DNA from: a virus
Virus record (IMG/VR): IMGVR_UViG_3300036859_000232
Location: 3,408 to 67,407 of that record
Length of the DNA stretch: 64,000 nt
Reading direction: 5' to 3' (one strand)
A model generated the notes under the pieces. It did not search any database, was not told the origin of the DNA, and saw only the letters and a list, made by a program, of their open reading frames with translations. Made by a program: the position numbers and the translations under genes. Shown piece after piece: positions 63,817-64,000 of this stretch (positions are counted from its first letter, which is position 1; each line of letters begins with the position of its first letter).

Positions 63817-64000
63817 TTACTCCGCAGCGATCAGCGTGGCGGTGAAGGACGCGGGCGCGTAGCCCTGCGCTTTCGAGTCCATCGCAGCGTCGGCGTAGAA
63901 GTCCGGTGCAGTGCCCTTCCAGTCACGGAAGGGAACTCCGGACTGATGGGGCTCGCCCTCAAGTTCGGCGCCGGACGCAAGGATCCGCTCACCCGTTGCC
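63817..64000 (-). CDS. 3' end of a virion-region gene (partial)
   Basis: Open frame ...FRDWKGTAPDFYADAAMDSKAQGYAPASFTATLIAAE*. Confidence 0.5.
   Translation of the reverse strand, partial: ATGERILASGAELEGEPHQSGVPFRDWKGTAPDFYADAAMDSKAQGYAPASFTATLIAAE

Noticed and set aside
1-64000. tRNA/rRNA genes
   Set aside because: No cloverleaf with a T-loop consensus was recognised by eye. A tRNAscan/ARAGORN run would be needed to exclude them.

Overview
This window is a near-complete, probably circularly permuted genome of a tailed (siphovirus-like) dsDNA phage with high GC content. The host is likely actinobacterial, inferred from leaderless TANNNT starts and an Rpf-like gene. The minus strand at 1-7.5 kb carries the major capsid (5' part), protease/scaffold, portal and terminase large subunit. 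A minus-strand array of small accessory genes occupies 7.5-11.5 kb. A divergent early-like region at 11.9-19 kb has repeated promoter/operator/leader modules, an adenine methyltransferase and a displaced terminase small subunit. The plus strand at 19-40 kb encodes DNA metabolism genes (TOPRIM protein, DinG-like helicase, Cas4-like nuclease, AAA and HerA-like ATPases, ERCC4 nuclease, intein-containing uracil-DNA glycosylase) and a second accessory array. The minus strand at 40-64 kb holds lysis genes, tail genes and tape measure, five glycosyltransferases, the major tail protein, a head-tail adaptor and three HNH endonucleases. The most striking signal is a degenerate junction motif (about GTT-SAS-VAN-TCM-TCC, then an RBS) at about 20 gene junctions of the two accessory arrays. 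Near-identical 14-45 nt copies are shared between the arrays, and some copies are chimeras crossing over at GTT. This suggests a gene-cassette shuffling system, although no integrase is recognisable. Other findings include probable ATC/ATA/ACG start codons (including the major tail protein), tail chaperones G and GT apparently encoded by duplicated genes, an HNH insertion that duplicated its target's 5' end, capsid-motif-bearing mini-ORFs and a RanBP2-type zinc-finger microprotein. All assignments come from reading motifs by eye; no database searches were run.
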